The notes: generated by a model from the letters alone, not told the origin. Numbered from the stretch's first letter, positions 14,019 through 31,754 are shown. The stretch is DNA of 64,000 nucleotides from the human T2T-CHM13v2.0 reference genome, Homo sapiens (GCF_009914755.1 NC_060927.1); one strand, 5' to 3'. Numbers and translations are program-made.

Positions 14019-14916
14019 CGCACTTCTTTTTATAAAGAAAAAACAAAACAAACAAAACGAACAAAAACAAGTAAAACAACAAAGCAACAAGGAAAACCCT
14101 CATAGGGTTTTGGGCCAGTTTATGGTCTTCCTCTTCACTGCTTCCTAAATGGGTGCTGGCAGCAGTGTTTATACTTAGAGGCCGACACCTTCCTGTCACA
14201 GTAGATTGGAGTAGATAAAGACATTGATCTAAGTTGTTCTTAGCAAATTCTCTCTCACGGAAAGAGTAGTTTCCTTCAAGTAGGGGATATATTATCTGAG
14301 CAGATATATTGGAATCTTCGGCCTTGTGAATACAGAAACAGAATAAGCTGGACTTCACAGAAAAAAAGGAATAGACGCAGAAAAGCAGTGAAAAACAACA
14401 ACAATAATAACAACAAAACAAGCAAGCAAAAAATGAAAAAGAGAATATTACCTACTACTTTCTCAAATTATTTTCCAAACCTTTTGCTTCTTCTCTGGGC
14501 CTAGCCACATCCTTGTCCTCAGCATCAAAAGATACTCTTATAGCATAATATTTATTGCATTTGTTCCTTGACTTGTCTTCTATATGCAATCCAAATTCTT
14601 ACCGCCACTGTGTATTTCTAGGCCAAGGAATAGCCAGATAAATTCTTGACTCCCAAAATTATTAGATTGTGATAATAGAAAATGATCTACTTCCTCAATC
14701 TTAGCGTGCTCAAATGTTACAGGAGCCTCATGTTACAGATTGCAGAGGATTGCTGTTGTGGGGAGGTAAATTCTGTGGTTTATGCAAACCACCTTACACA
14801 GCACCCATCATGCTTATAAAAATGTCTGTCTTCTTTCCTTCCAAATTTTCTCTGCATTTACTCATCTTTTATGGTCCCCAATAAAACAGCAGTTTTCTCC
14901 CTCTTGTATCCTATAG

Positions 14917-15285
<369 letters not shown>

Positions 15286-15543
15286 ACCAGCATCATTTTA
15301 AAGATTGAAAATAGGAAGCTGACAACTCTGGGCAGCACTTTGGAAGCAGTCGGTTTCCATTAACGAGTTGATTTCCCTTCCCTCATCCCTATCACTCATT
15401 TTCTCCCCTTCTTAGGTGTCTTATAGTCTCTGTTGTTTCTTTGTATCTACTCTAGAAAATTCTATCAGGCTGCTGTAAAAGAGGTCTCCATAATGAATAT
15501 GGCTAGTTTCAGAAAATATACTAAAAAAAAAAGTATAAATATA

Positions 15544-15693
15544 CTGGAGCCCAAATGGGATCAGCTGCTAAAGATATTTCTGATCAAAAATAAAGAAATA
15601 ATCTGCATCAGTGGGGCTTTTTAGTTTTAACAGCAGGAAACCTCTTCATTTCTGTAATCTGTTATATCCACAAAAATAATTGGTCCTGCAATA
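15544..15693 (+). repeat. 150-bp dispersed direct duplication, copy 2
   Basis: Matches 12763-12912 at about 94% identity. Confidence 0.95.
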
Positions 15694-16329
15694 TCTGCAG
15701 TATATTCTTACTTATTAGCCGTTTCTTCATTAGATTTTGTACAACAGAAACAAGAGAAAACTTTACAAAAATTCACCCAAAAAAAGACAAAAGGTAAAAG
15801 AAAATACAAACTTAGAACCAAGAAAATGTAAACCAGAATAAAATGAAAGATCAAGAAAAATATATGTAGCAATGTAAAATGAGAAGATGACATATGACAC
15901 AGTTGAGACTCACATTTGATTCTGAGCCTGATTCTGATTCTGAGCCTCTTAGCCAAGCAAAAAAAAAAATGAGTAATTAAGTGCATGAATTACAGCATAT
16001 TGTTAACAGATATAATTGATTTTGAGGGGTGTCAGTCAAATTTATATGTTAATGTATTATTTTAGTTTTTAGAATGGTAATATTGAACAATAACGGTTAT
16101 ACTGAAAGATCAATTTCCTATTTATTCCACTCTTCATGTAAGTCATATCAACATATAGAATAGCAACATATTCAAGTTATAGCTTTACCTTTACATCCTT
16201 TATATCATCCATGATAAGATACAATTGAAAATATTGTACACGTTTACCCCTTTCAAGATATTTTGCTATTTTCCGCAGAGTTTTCATTGAGGTCAAATCT
16301 GTTCCTTCTGACCCTGTGTGTCCTTTTGT

Positions 16330-16760
16330 TTTCGTTTTATTACAACAACAACCTCCTAAATGCTCTCCTTTCTTCCAGTTCCTTCCCAAAATTGCCAGCA
16401 GAATTGCTTTTTTTAAAAAAAAAATCTGGTCGTTCCGCTGGTTAAACTTTTCTGTATGTTATGCATGGCACAAAGTCTAAAATCCTTAGAAATTCATGTA
16501 AGCATTTTTCAATATTTCATCCACTGATCCTTTAAAAAAAAAAAGCACAATGTATTATTTTGGTATAAAACATATCACCAGCTGATACACTTACTGCTAT
16601 GTTGGTTTGCTTCCTTACTGTCTGTTCTCTTTCCCTCACCCACACAAACCCAGAGAAGAATTACTAACAACCAGTACAACATACAGGTTTTTCTCCCACT
16701 TTCTGATACTCAGTATGCAAGCACTTTTCCATTAACAGGCAACTTAGTGGAGGGGTATTT
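16330..16760 (+). mobile_element. L2 fragments
   Basis: 'gccagcagaattgctttttttaaaa...aaatctggtc' and 'aaagtctaaaatcctta' are L2-like. Confidence 0.5.
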
Positions 16761-16922
16761 GTTGCCTGGTTGGCCATGCAGTTTGGCAATAAGCCCACTA
16801 CATATTTCCGAGGACTTCTCTGAAATTCCATTACTCAGCCGGCAGGAAGGTCTTTGTCTTCCTTTTTCAGAAAGCCATGAATCTGTCACTTTCATATCCT
16901 TGTAATCAGAACTGCCAAGAAC

Positions 16923-17030
16923 TGTGAGTAACTGCAAGAGTCATTGCAAGCTAACAAGTTCGCCTGCCACAGGTTCATGGATGTTGGTAGGAAAACAAAC
17001 CTCTTGTGTTAAAGACAAAGGATAGTTTGT
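16923..17030 (-). mobile_element. ERV1 LTR fragment (MER34/MER39-like)
   Basis: 'ttgcaagctaacaagttcgcctgccacaggttcatggatgttggtagg...agacaaagga' is the reverse of the MER34/39 3' end. Confidence 0.6.
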
Positions 17031-17089
17031 TAACCTCCTCTCGAACTTCTTATTTTCCTTAATCCTGCCCCTCTTTACACTTTTTCCTC

Positions 17090-18680
17090 GGGAATATCTT
17101 GGATATTTTTGACTTTTGCTCCTAGATTTAAATTTTAGAGACAGCTCATCAATTTACTTGAAAACAATATGCAATAAACAATTCCTTTAAAACCATAGAT
17201 AAATATAGGGAAAATTGGCATTTTTAACCATATTTAGTTTTTCTAGTAAATAGCTTGATTTGTGTCTCCATTTATTTATGAGTACTTTTATTTCCATCAA
17301 TAAGTTTTCATGAATAGCCTAAATATCTTTTGTTTGATATATTCTTATTTAACTTTTGTTTTGGCTGCTGTTATATGTGAAACATTTCAACTCTTTATTT
17401 CTAGTTTAAAGAGATATCATTTGTTTTGGTTCTTCCTTTTCAAAATTGAAAATTTTTTTAATTTACTTTTCTACCTCAGACTTCTGGCTCTATGAAAATA
17501 CAGAGCTGTGACTATAGAAATGAGTAGAGGAGAATAAAGATTTATAAGACCTTAAAGCTAAAGGAAGATAGGTAAAATATTTAAGTTCCTTTTTTACACG
17601 AATAAATAGATAGTTTTTCATTTTTTAAATTTAAATGATTTTGGTTTTGCTCTTGTCCTAAAACCCATTTTGGTTTATATAAGAGTACAGTTTGTCTTTC
17701 TTCATCATACATTTAGGGATTAATATTTTACGATGAGTGGGTATGTGTTTTGTAATTAGAAAACTAATTTTTTTTTGGTCATTCGGAGAACAATGGAAAT
17801 CATCTTTCAGTGTGCTTGTATTAAACCGTTTTACTCTTCATCATTACTACACACTACACTGATAAACTGTGAAGCTCTAAATTATACAAGATAAATACAA
17901 TAAGTGTTTGCATTCTTCCTAGAGCCCAGTGTCAGAGCATCTATTTGAAGTTTTCTGTTTTTTTTTTTAATGATGTTGTGATATCCCTAATATTCATTGG
18001 TCCAGCCTACACTCAAGGAAAGGAAATTTTTTTCTTATTTTCTGTTAGATGTTTGTAGTATCTTAATTTTATTCCTATAGTAATAATTTGTATCTTCTCT
18101 CATTTTTCTTGATCCACTACCCTACTCCTTTTCAAAGGATCAGTATTTTGTGTTATTCTTTTCTTTGTCCTTCTCTTTTATGTTGATATGTGCTCTTATC
18201 TTTATTATTTCTTTCATTTTACTTGCTTTTGGTTTAATTTGCTCTTCTTTATACAACCTATTTGTGTATACATCCCACAAGGTAGTTTCAAAATAAACTG
18301 CAAAAATTGACAAGCTGGTAAGAAACAGGCAAATCCACAATTTTACTTGGTATTCCAGTGCTGCTATCTCATTGATATTTGAAATAAGTGGACAGAAAAT
18401 CAATAAAGAAGTAGAAGACTTAAACAATGCTATCAAACTGAGCTAATTAACATATACTGCATGTTCCATACAACTCCAAAACAAGATTTCTGTGAAGTGC
18501 TTATGCAGTAGTCACCAAAAGAGACTACATGCTAGGCATAAAAAAAATCTTAACACATACAGAAAGACTGCATTCACAAACAATGTGTTATTTGTCCACA
18601 GGCAATTATGTTAGAAGTCAGTAAAACACTGAGATCTGGAAAATCCTCAAATATTCCGAATTTATACAATATAGTTCTAC
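17090..18680. mobile_element. Old L1M ORF2 fragments: minus strand to about 18250, plus strand about 18260-18680
   Basis: The minus strand encodes KEEQIKPKASKMKEIIKIRA. The plus strand 'cagaaaatcaataaagaagtagaagacttaaacaat...gactacatgctaggcataaaa' is ORF2 endonuclease-domain sequence. Confidence 0.7.
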
Positions 18681-18685
18681 CCATT

Positions 18686-19059
18686 TGTAGTAGTCCACTA
18701 GGGCCGTTACAGACTGGGTGGCTTAACCAACATAAATTTATTTTCTTACAGTTCTGGAGGCTAGAACCCAAGATCTAGCTACTGGCAGAGTTGGTTTCTG
18801 GTGAGGATTTTTCCTGGTTTGCAGGTGGCTGTCCTCTTATTATGTCCTCACAGGACCTTTCCTTTGCACATGTGCACCTCTAGCGTTTCTATCTCTAATG
18901 AGGACACTAGCCCTATTTAGTTAAAGTCTCACTCTTACAACCCCATTTAACTTCAATTACTTCTTTAAAGGCCCATATCTCCATATACAGTCATCTTGGG
19001 AATTCTAGCTTCAACATACGAATTTGGGGTGACATAATTCAATCTATAATACTATAATA
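18686..19059 (-). mobile_element. MLT1A/B-like solo LTR
   Basis: 'cagactgggtggcttaaccaacataaatttattttcttacagttctggaggctag'. 5-bp TSD ccatt at 18681-85 and 19060-64. Confidence 0.85.
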
Positions 19060-19580
19060 CCATTGCACTTTTTAATCCTTGAAAATTTTGAATATATTGA
19101 TAGAAGTTTAAAAAGCTCATACATCCTATGTTTTTCATCTATATAACTTCTTGTAATTTTTTTGACTGAATATCTTTGAACTTTGAAACAGACTGTCTTC
19201 TTGGCATGCCAGGAGATTTTTTATTAGAGGCTGAGCACTGTAATATAGAAAATCTATATTTTGATGTCTACCTTTAGTAGAGTGCTGTGCTTTGTTCTAA
19301 CAGATTGTAAACTTATTATCAACTTTGCTGTCTTTTTAACTAATTGCCAGGGCTATAACTTGTTCTAGAGTAGCCTTACTTCTAGGGAGATTTTCGATAT
19401 ATTATTAAGGTGTGGTGTTTTGAGGTATCCACTTAATTACACATGTTATTAGGGAGAACTTACTATTCTTGTTAGAAAGATCTCAGAAATTTCCAAACTT
19501 ATCTGAACTTTGTTTACTTGTATTTAATGTGGTCATTTGTTGTCTGGCCTCATAGAATATCTCTCTTTCAGCCGGCTGCA

Positions 19581-20578
19581 CAAGCGTAGCTCAAAAATAT
19601 TGCAGATTTGGTTTCAGACCACTGCAAGGAAGTAAATATTGCCATAAAGTGAGTCACACAAATTTTTGGTTTCCTAGTACATAAAAAGTTATGTTTACAT
19701 TATACTATAGTCTACTAGGTATGCAATAGCAAATGTGTAAAGAAAAATGTGCATACTTTAATTAAAAATACTTTATTGCTTAAAACTGTTAACAATCATT
19801 TCAGTCTTCAGTGAGTCATAATCTTTTTGTTGCTGAAGAATCTTGTCTTGCAGTTGATGGCTGCTAACTGACTATGGTCGTGGTTGCTGAAGTTTGAGTG
19901 GCTTTGGCAATTACTTAAATTAAGACAGAAATAAAATTTGCCACATCCATTGACTTTTCCTTTCACAAAAGATTTCTTTGTGGTATGTGATACTGTTTAA
20001 CAGCATTTTACTCACAGTAGAACTTCTTTCCAAATTGGGGTCAATCCTCTATGTATCTGTTGCCGCTTTATCAACTAAGTTGATGGAGTGTTTTAAATGC
20101 CCTCTCCTCCTGCCTCCATATTTCTTAAGACACAACAATATTGAAAGTATAGGCCAATTAATTTCCCTGCAATGGCCTGTAAGTGTTTAAGCTAAAGGAG
20201 TTCTCTCATGTCTCTCACTTTAAATAAAAAGCTAAAAATAATTAAGCTTAATAGAGGAAGGAATGTCAAAAGCTGAGATAGGTCAAATGCTGGATCTCTT
20301 GTGCAAAATAGTTAGTCAAATTGTGTATGTGAAGGAAGCAAATTGTGTAAGGAAGCAAAGCAGCCCAATTGCTGATGTGGAAAAAGTGTTAGTCTGGATA
20401 GAAGACCAAAACAACCAATAACAACCCCTTAAGGCAAAGCTTAATCCAGAGCATGAAGGCTGAGAGGGGTAAAAAGCTACATAGAAACCCAGCAGAGGTT
20501 GGTTTTTGAAGTTGAAGGGAAGAAGCTGTCTCTGTCTCCATAACATAAAAATATAAGATGAAGCAGCAAGCTTCATTT

Positions 20579-20618
<40 letters not shown>

Positions 20619-21368
20619 GAGATGGAGTCTCACTCTCACCCAGGCTGCAGTGCAATGGTATGATCTCAGCTCACTGCAACCTCCGCCTGCCAGGTTGAAC
20701 TGATTCTCCTGCCTCAGCCCCTAAGTAGCTGGGATTACAGGCGCACACCACCATGCCCAGCTAATTTTTGTATTTTTAGCAGAGATGGGGCTTCACCATG
20801 TTGGTCAGGCTGGTCTTGAACTACTGACCTCAGGTGATCCACCCAACTGGGGCTCTCAAAGTGCTGGGATTACAGGCGTGAGCCATCGTGCCTGGCCCAA
20901 TGAAGCAGCAAGTCCTAAAGTACATGTTGTAGAAAGTTATCCAGAAGATCTAGCTAAGCTCATTGATGAAGACAGCAACACTCAACAACAACTTTTCACT
21001 GTATGCTAAATAGCCTTATATTGGCTGGTTGGTGGAGCAGTCAGAACACACACAACATTTATGAATGAAGTTTGCCATCTCATATGGGCATGGTTTGTGA
21101 TGCCCCAAAACAATTACAATAGTAACGTCAGAGATTACTAATCATCTACTACCATAACAGATATAACAATAATGAAAACAAAAATGAAATATTGCATAGA
21201 TAATCAAAATGTGACACAGAAACATGAAGGTAATACTTGATTTTGGAAAAATGGCACCAGTAGACTTGCTTATTGCAGGATTGTGCAATGTTTCAGTTTG
21301 TTAAAGAAAAAAAAAGACACATCTGCAAAGCACGGTAAAATTAAGCACAATAAAATGAGTTATGCCTG
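19581..21368 (-). mobile_element. Tigger1 DNA transposon, internally deleted, with an inverted internal segment (about 20099-21024)
   Basis: Both termini are present ('caagcgtagctcaaaaatattgcagatttggtttcagacc' and 'aataaaatgagttatgcctg|ta'). The transposase start 'atggcctgtaagtgtttaag...ctcactttaaataaaaagcta' reads on the opposite strand to the termini. Confidence 0.88.
20571..20897 (-). mobile_element. AluSx/Sz with (CAA)n tail, inserted in Tigger1
   Basis: Full Alu. TSD atgaagcagcaag at 20558-70 and 20900-12. Confidence 0.95.
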
Positions 21369-21669
21369 TATTCAGTGAACACGAAAGATGAAGCCAATGC
21401 ACATTCCTGGGTCTCTTTTTCTGTGTAGATTCCTACTCTTGATTGTTCAGTTTCCAGTTGCCTAGCCTCCTGGAACACTGATATCTGTGTCTTCAATTCA
21501 AAAAGATCCTGTAGGACATTTTCATTCTATCCTAAAAAAATTCCTCCAGATAGAAAACGAATATTTTTTAAGCCCACCTTGATTTTCTTCTCACAGAAAT
21601 CGCAGAACTTCACTGACTTTTGTTCAATGTGTGAAAACAATTGTGTTGCATAATTTATCCTGTTTTGAA

Positions 21670-22155
21670 CTGATGAATATCCCGGTTACCCAGATTTGAT
21701 CATATTGTATGCCTGCATCAAGATATCACATTACCTATAAATATGTACAACTATTATGTAAGTATTAGTTCTCTCACTGCTACAAAGAATTGCCATAAAC
21801 TGGGTAATTTATAGGGAAAAGAAGTTTAATTGACTCACAGTTCCTTATGGCTGATGAGGCCTCAGGAAACTCACAATTATGGTGGAAGGGGAAGCAAGCA
21901 TGTCTTACATGGCAGCAGGCGAGAGTGAGTGTGTGTGTGAAGCGAATTGGGAAGATCCCCTTATAGAACCATCAGATCTTGTGAGAAGTCACTCAATATC
22001 ATGAGAACAGCATGGGAGAAACTGCTCCATGAATCAGTCACCTCCCACCAGGTCTCTCCCTCAACAACTGGGGATTACAATTCAAGATGAGATTTGGGTG
22101 GGGACACAAAACCTAACCTTATCATGTATGCACAAAAATTAAAAAAACTAAAAAA
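21670..22155 (+). mobile_element. L1MA-like 3' end interrupted by a THE1 LTR
   Basis: 'atcacattacctataaatatgtacaactattatgta' resumes after the LTR as 'tgtatgcacaaaaattaaaaaaa'. Confidence 0.65.
21760..22124 (-). mobile_element. THE1 (C/D-like) MaLR solo LTR
   Basis: 'actgggtaatttatagggaaaagaagtttaattgactcacagttc...gatgagatttgggtggggacaca...atca'. Confidence 0.92.
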
Positions 22156-22808
22156 TCCAGTTTTATGTTTATAATTACTGTATAAGGGTGATTCTGGTCA
22201 TTGTCTCTTTAACATGAACAGAAGCAAAAGTCTCAGACAACTCAACTAAAATAGGAACCGAATATAAAACTTTAGTAAGTAAATTGGATAAAGCAATATA
22301 GAAGATAAGAGAGGTTTATTATTATCCCATATGTGCCAGAAGAGAATTAGATAACAATTAAAGAAATATGATTGTGTAAATTGGGGAAGTTCTATGAGGC
22401 AAGCAGTTTGATGTAATCCTTTGTTAACTGCAGAATTCAGTCTTCAACTACTTGGCCTTTGTTTGAAGATTCACTTTGAAATATTTACCCCTGAATCTAT
22501 CATTCTCTTTGATAATCCCCATTTTGATTCTATGTGTTATTCACTTTCAGAACCTTGGAAATAGTCCCTCTCTTTGAATCTAAGCCTTATTCCTATCACC
22601 TTTTTAAAATCTGGACTCATATTTGTATTTTAAAAATATAAAAACTGATATCTAAAAATAATATATTTTTCAAAATACATTTTGCATTAGAATTTGACTT
22701 ACCAAACACATAAGCAAATGGAATTTACTAAAAAAACTTAAAGCTAAATTATAAAAAATAAACCTGTATTTAACTTACCATTTACTATATTTGCAAGTTC
22801 CCAGTTTT

Positions 22809-24637
<1,829 letters not shown>

Positions 24638-25626
24638 AAGTTCCCAGTTTTGACTACAGTTAAGTCATAAGGGGAAATATCGCATAGACCATCTTCTATA
24701 ACTGCCTATTAGAATTTTTTACATATATACATTCTTTAGTTTAAAAAGCTTAAACATTAACAATATATTACTCTGGAAATTCACCTTTCATAACAATTGA
24801 ATTTTAAAATAATATTAAAATTATATGCACATTTTAATTTTGATTTTATCCATGTTTATCATAGTGTGTATTAGTCAACATTCCAGGCCATTTTTTTTTG
24901 TATATTTAAAATTTTTATTTGCTGGATTTTCGAATGGTTTGACTCAGACATGCAATGCATATGTAGACTTAACATTGTTGCAGTAACTTTCATTTATTAA
25001 TATATTCATATAAAAAAAACTATAAGCTGCTTTAAAATATAGTGTTTTTACTTGTGCATGCTTACAACTGTAGTTGAACTGCAGCCATTTTATACTGCTG
25101 AGATTAAAATTATGAGATAATCAATAATTTATATTCTATTCTGAATAATACTACTATTTTTTCAGTTAACTCTGAAACAGAAACATTCAAAAGTGAGTAT
25201 TTTTGGAGAAGATTTGAGATATTCTAAATTTCAAGATGGTAAGGAGTGGGTTATCTTCATATTAACATTGAAGGTGTATGTAACACTTCACTTATTTTAT
25301 TTGATTTTTTTTTGCAGTGTTGTTTCTTATCATCCACCATGACTGAAGTTACACTTGAGCACTATATTGTATGATTGACACTTGAAACATGGAAATGGCA
25401 CACCTAAATTACAAAAAAGCAGAAATAAAACATGTGATTGGATCTTTCATTGAACAAAACCAAAAAGTAAATTAAAAGAAAATAAAATGAAAACAATTAG
25501 CCATAGACTTTAGGATTAGATTTAAAATATGTATTTACATGTTCAAGGAAAATAATGCCAGATTATTATATTCAACACATTCAATATTGCCCCTCCCTTT
25601 TTTTTTTTTTGCTTTGTGTTAAGCAG

Positions 25627-26040
25627 TGTTGAGTTAAATTAAATTTGGTCTAAATCTGCATCCATATGTAGTAAACTCCACCCTAAGTTAGTATGTAAGC
25701 AAACTACTACTTAAGAAGATATTCTGGTTAACAGATAGTTGAATCTCAGATGACCACAGCAGCCAAGCTTTAGCCAATCACAGACTGGCAGCTGATCAGA
25801 CAGTGTCCATGTAAGGCAAATGCACAATCACATCATGCTCAAATAAAGCAAATACTGAGCTGTATCAAATCAAGCTGTTTCTGTGTTACTTCCTTTTTCT
25901 ATCTATAAATGATTTCTGCTCAAAATGCTATATGGAATGCTGTGAACCTCTACTGGTACAGGATACTGCCTACTTTATGAATTTTTTTTTGCTCAAATAA
26001 ATTCTGCTAAATTTAATTTTTCTAAAGTTTTTCTTTAAAA
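25627..26040 (+). mobile_element. MER57-like ERV1 5' LTR
   Basis: 'tgttgagttaaattaaatttggtctaaa', 'agccaatcacag', and the end 'gctcaaataaattctgctaaatttaatttttctaaagtttttcttt'. Confidence 0.8.
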
Positions 26041-26894
26041 ATGTTGACATAAGGTGTGGGATCTAAAGTAGACCTGCAGCAATCACCAGGACTGCCCAGT
26101 GCGTCAGCAATGGTATCCAAGAGGCCCGTCATGCCCATTGCTCTCTTGCAGCACCTGGATGGTGTGGGCGACTTTTCTCTCAGATTTGAGCTCTATACAT
26201 TTGTGTTTCAAGCATGTTTAATCTAGGGATAGTTCTAATGTCACGACAGAAACAAAACTGGTTCCTGTAGGGCGGCATCAGATGTCTGACTGAGACTCAG
26301 GGTTCAGTAGGTAAATAAGGTTACTAGAAGACAAGGCATCATGCATTCATCTTAATCAAAAGGTTCTATATCTCCGCCACCTGGAACAGTAGTCAATTTT
26401 ATGTATAAGAACTGTAGACCCAGAACTTACTCTTTTCTAGAGAAAAGATACCAAAGATAACTTACAGTTACTGTGGCGGTAGTGAAGAAGCTCTTTACAA
26501 AAGGCAAACGGGTACAAGTCTTGATAGCTACAGCTGCTACACAGACCACGAGACTTTTCTGAACATATTTTATACTCAAATCAAGGGGCCCCAAAATAAA
26601 GAACAGTGTGTCATGAGATGTTTGCCTTTATTATAAACAACTAAGCCACCAGAAAAACAATTGTCCACTTTTACACCAGCCATCTGGTGGACCCAATCCC
26701 TTTGGCTGGGACTATTTTCTCACTAGAGAAAGCCCCCAGAGCCTTACCTTCTGGGACAATAATCAACAAATCTTTCAGAGAGAAAAATTAATATTTATTT
26801 GGTGGGAGATCAAGTCGAGTCTAAAACGTTCCAACGTTTAAATCTGTCTAATAAATGCTTGGAACATTTTTAGAAAAATATTTATAAGAAATTG

Positions 26895-28628
<1,734 letters not shown>

Positions 28629-30305
28629 TCAAGCAAAATGGCAGTGAGGGGAAAAGGAGAAAGGACAAATTGTGGGCACCAAAGAATCCCTTGGTATTAT
28701 ATCCACAACCATATCAATGAATAAAATATATGCAATTTAAAAAAATTGTCCTCTCTGGTTTCTATATTCAATTCTATTTCTCACATGAGGATCTTCCAGT
28801 TAACTGAAATCCCTGTTATGATCTCCCTGCTGACTATATACCCTGCTAACTCTGTCCACCTCTTCCTTGTTGTCATGATCTTTGCTATGTTGCAAAACTC
28901 TTTCTCGGAAACAAAACAAACTAACAAACTGATAGATCTGGCATTAAATCTTCAACACAACAAAACTAAACAAGAGTAACCAGTCTCTGACCATAAGGCA
29001 AAATCATTATTCACTCTGAGTCCAGTGTTCAACACTGAGTACAGTATTACTGTACCTGGATGATGACTAAAACTTTAGAATAAAATGCTATAAGATCTAT
29101 TTCTGTCTGTATGTTTATGTATGTCTGTGTATGTTATGTGTATCTATAAATATTTTTTGTCTTATGATATTAGAAATATTAAATTATAAAAGTACTCTTA
29201 TTTGTTTAAAGAAGACTAAGTGCTTATATAAATTATTTTTTCAGATAAATAAGTACCAACCCAAATGCTTTTCAAGTTTATGTGATTTCAGTAATGTTTG
29301 GTAAAGAAGAATATTGTTGGTTTGACTAAAACTGACATATTTCAGGGTTGTCAACATTAAATATAATGCAGATGCATGAATTTTCCTTAGATTTATTGGC
29401 AAAATAAGCTTATGTTATCTCTATATTAAAAAAAATTGTCAGCAAAAATAATATAAGATGGTTGCTAGCTGTTTAATGTCTCATCCTCACGAGTAACCCA
29501 AATCTAATAAAAACAAGTAAGTTAAGTAGATGTAAGTAAAATAAAATTTCTATTTGAAACATGTTGTTTCTCTTCCAGAATATTTTAACTTTATTTTTGC
29601 CAAGAATACAAAGCTGAGGCTGAGGAAAATCTATATGAAAAACAATTTCCAGGCATAGCAAAACAAACCAAAACAAGAACAAAATAGCATGCAGGCATGC
29701 GCACACCCACCCACCCACCCACTCACCCACACACACACACACTCACACACACAAACACCTAAGAAGACAGGGAAATTTTTTTGCCTCTTATTATTTCTTA
29801 TTACAGAGAAACTAAAGATATTTGGGACTGTTAGTAAACATGTTCTGTGTCACATTGGCAATTGTACTATGAGAAAGCAGCAGATGCTTCTAGAAGTAAT
29901 TCATAGATTTGCCAGATTGGTGGTGTAACAAACAGTTCATAATTGCTTACTTCCTATTGTTCACTGAGAATTAAGGTCACCTAAGGGTTACAAATTCTTA
30001 TTAATACATATTATTAAAATTACTAGAAATAATAAGGGAGACGAGTCTACATGTAAATATACGAAGAGGGTAAGATATGCTGTTGATACAGAGAAGTTAT
30101 AAAACATAAGCATATTTCATTTTATTTATCAAGGGTAAAAGAGAATAGTTTTTTTCTAAAATAGAGTAATTCCTTGTTCCAAAATGAGGAGAGAAATAGT
30201 ATAGGACTAAATACTATAAATACAAAAAAGCTATAAGTTTGTAGAATATGAATCTTGTGACAAATTTTATGTGCGGTCAAGCTGGCTAAGAATACAAGGG
30301 AATTA

Positions 30306-30597
30306 CAGATGGTTCTCAATTTACAATGGTTTGAATAATTTTCTGACTTTATGATAGGTTTACTGAGACATAATCCCATTGTAAGTCGAGGAGCTCCTTT
30401 TGACTTATGATAACAGCTCTTGCTGAATGCGTATCGTTTTCACACCATCATAGAACGGAAAAATCGTAAGTTGAACCATCATAAGTCAGAGACTGTCTGC
30501 TGTGTTGCCAGCATTAAACGCCTTTTTGACTTATAATATGTTCAAACAATGACGGGCTTATTGAGATATAACCCCATCATAAATCAAGGAGATTGTG
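30306..30597. mobile_element. MER47 (Tigger5-family) composite MITE
   Basis: Starts 'ta|cagatggttctcaatttacaatgg'. Repeated end motifs 'cccattgtaagtcgaggagc' and 'aaaatcgtaagttgaaccatcataagtcagagactgtctg'. Confidence 0.75.
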
Positions 30598-31257
30598 CAT
30601 TTTTAAGTGTTTTTTTTAAAATAAACATTAATATCAAAAGTACACTCATGCATAACTAGAATTTGGTTCACTCGGTTAAAATAACAAGAATATCATGGAG
30701 AACTGGTCTACAACTCTTGACAGAAGATTGTAATTTTAAAAAATTATTTAGCTAATTGGCAAAGCAAACAAAGATTCTGTGTTTTACTAAGATAATTTCT
30801 TGTGTTTAATGTGGTCTTTATTAAGCTTTTGATCACCTAAGAAAACTGAGTCTTTTCTATTAAAAGAGTGATATTATTCTAAAAATATGTAACTTCCTGC
30901 ATTTGCCCTTGAAGTCTTTTTAATTATCACTCTCGTTAAATAAATGATCATCTTTCACAATGACCTGCAATCCTATTTTGATCATGTGTTTTAAACACTT
31001 GATTTTTTTTTTACAAATGTCCCTAAATCAAATTCTAAATTTAGTATTTTTCTTGACCTTGAATTAACTTTGACATTTTCCAAATAGGACTTTAAAACAT
31101 TTCAAAAGGGTATCTCTTCTTACATATTAAAAAGAGAGATTAAACTAATTGGGTGTATTTGACATAATAAATTATATGGGAAGGATTGTCAAATAATGAG
31201 TAATGCTAAATCAGCTTTGAGTTAATTTGTATGGATGTCTTATTAATATATGTTCCA

Positions 31258-31538
31258 GGCCGGGTGTGGTGGCTCATGCCTGTAATCCCAGCGCTTTGGG
31301 AGGCTGAGGCGGGCACATCACCTGAGGTCTGGAATTCGAGACCAGCTTGGCCAACATGGTGAAACCCCGTCTCTACTAAAAATACAAAAATTAGCCAGGC
31401 GTGGTGGCGGGTGCCTGTAATCCCAACTACTCGGGAGGCTGAGGCAGGAGAATCGCTTCAACCCAGAGGCGGAGGTTGCAGTGAGCTGAGATCATGCCAC
31501 TGAGTTCCATCCTGGACAATAGACAGAGACCCAATCTC
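31258..31538 (+). mobile_element. AluSx/Sz lacking an A-tail
   Basis: Full dimer from 'ggccgggtgtggtggctca'. Degenerate TSD tatatgttcca / tatatactcca. Confidence 0.95.
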
Positions 31539-31690
31539 TCTCTCTCTATATATATATGTATATATATAGAGAGAGAGACAGAGAGAGATATATAGATTTA
31601 TAGATATATAGAGATATACATATATAGATATATATACAAATATATAGATCTATAGATATATAGATATAGAGAGAGTATATATATAGAGAG

Positions 31691-31754
<64 letters not shown>
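31535..31754. repeat. Compound (TC)n/(TA)n/(GA)n microsatellite
   Basis: Seen directly in the sequence. Confidence 0.95.

Noticed and set aside
13993-14421. 142-aa ORF
   Set aside because: It is bounded by (CAA/CAAAA)n low-complexity tracts and has no recognisable domain or splice context.
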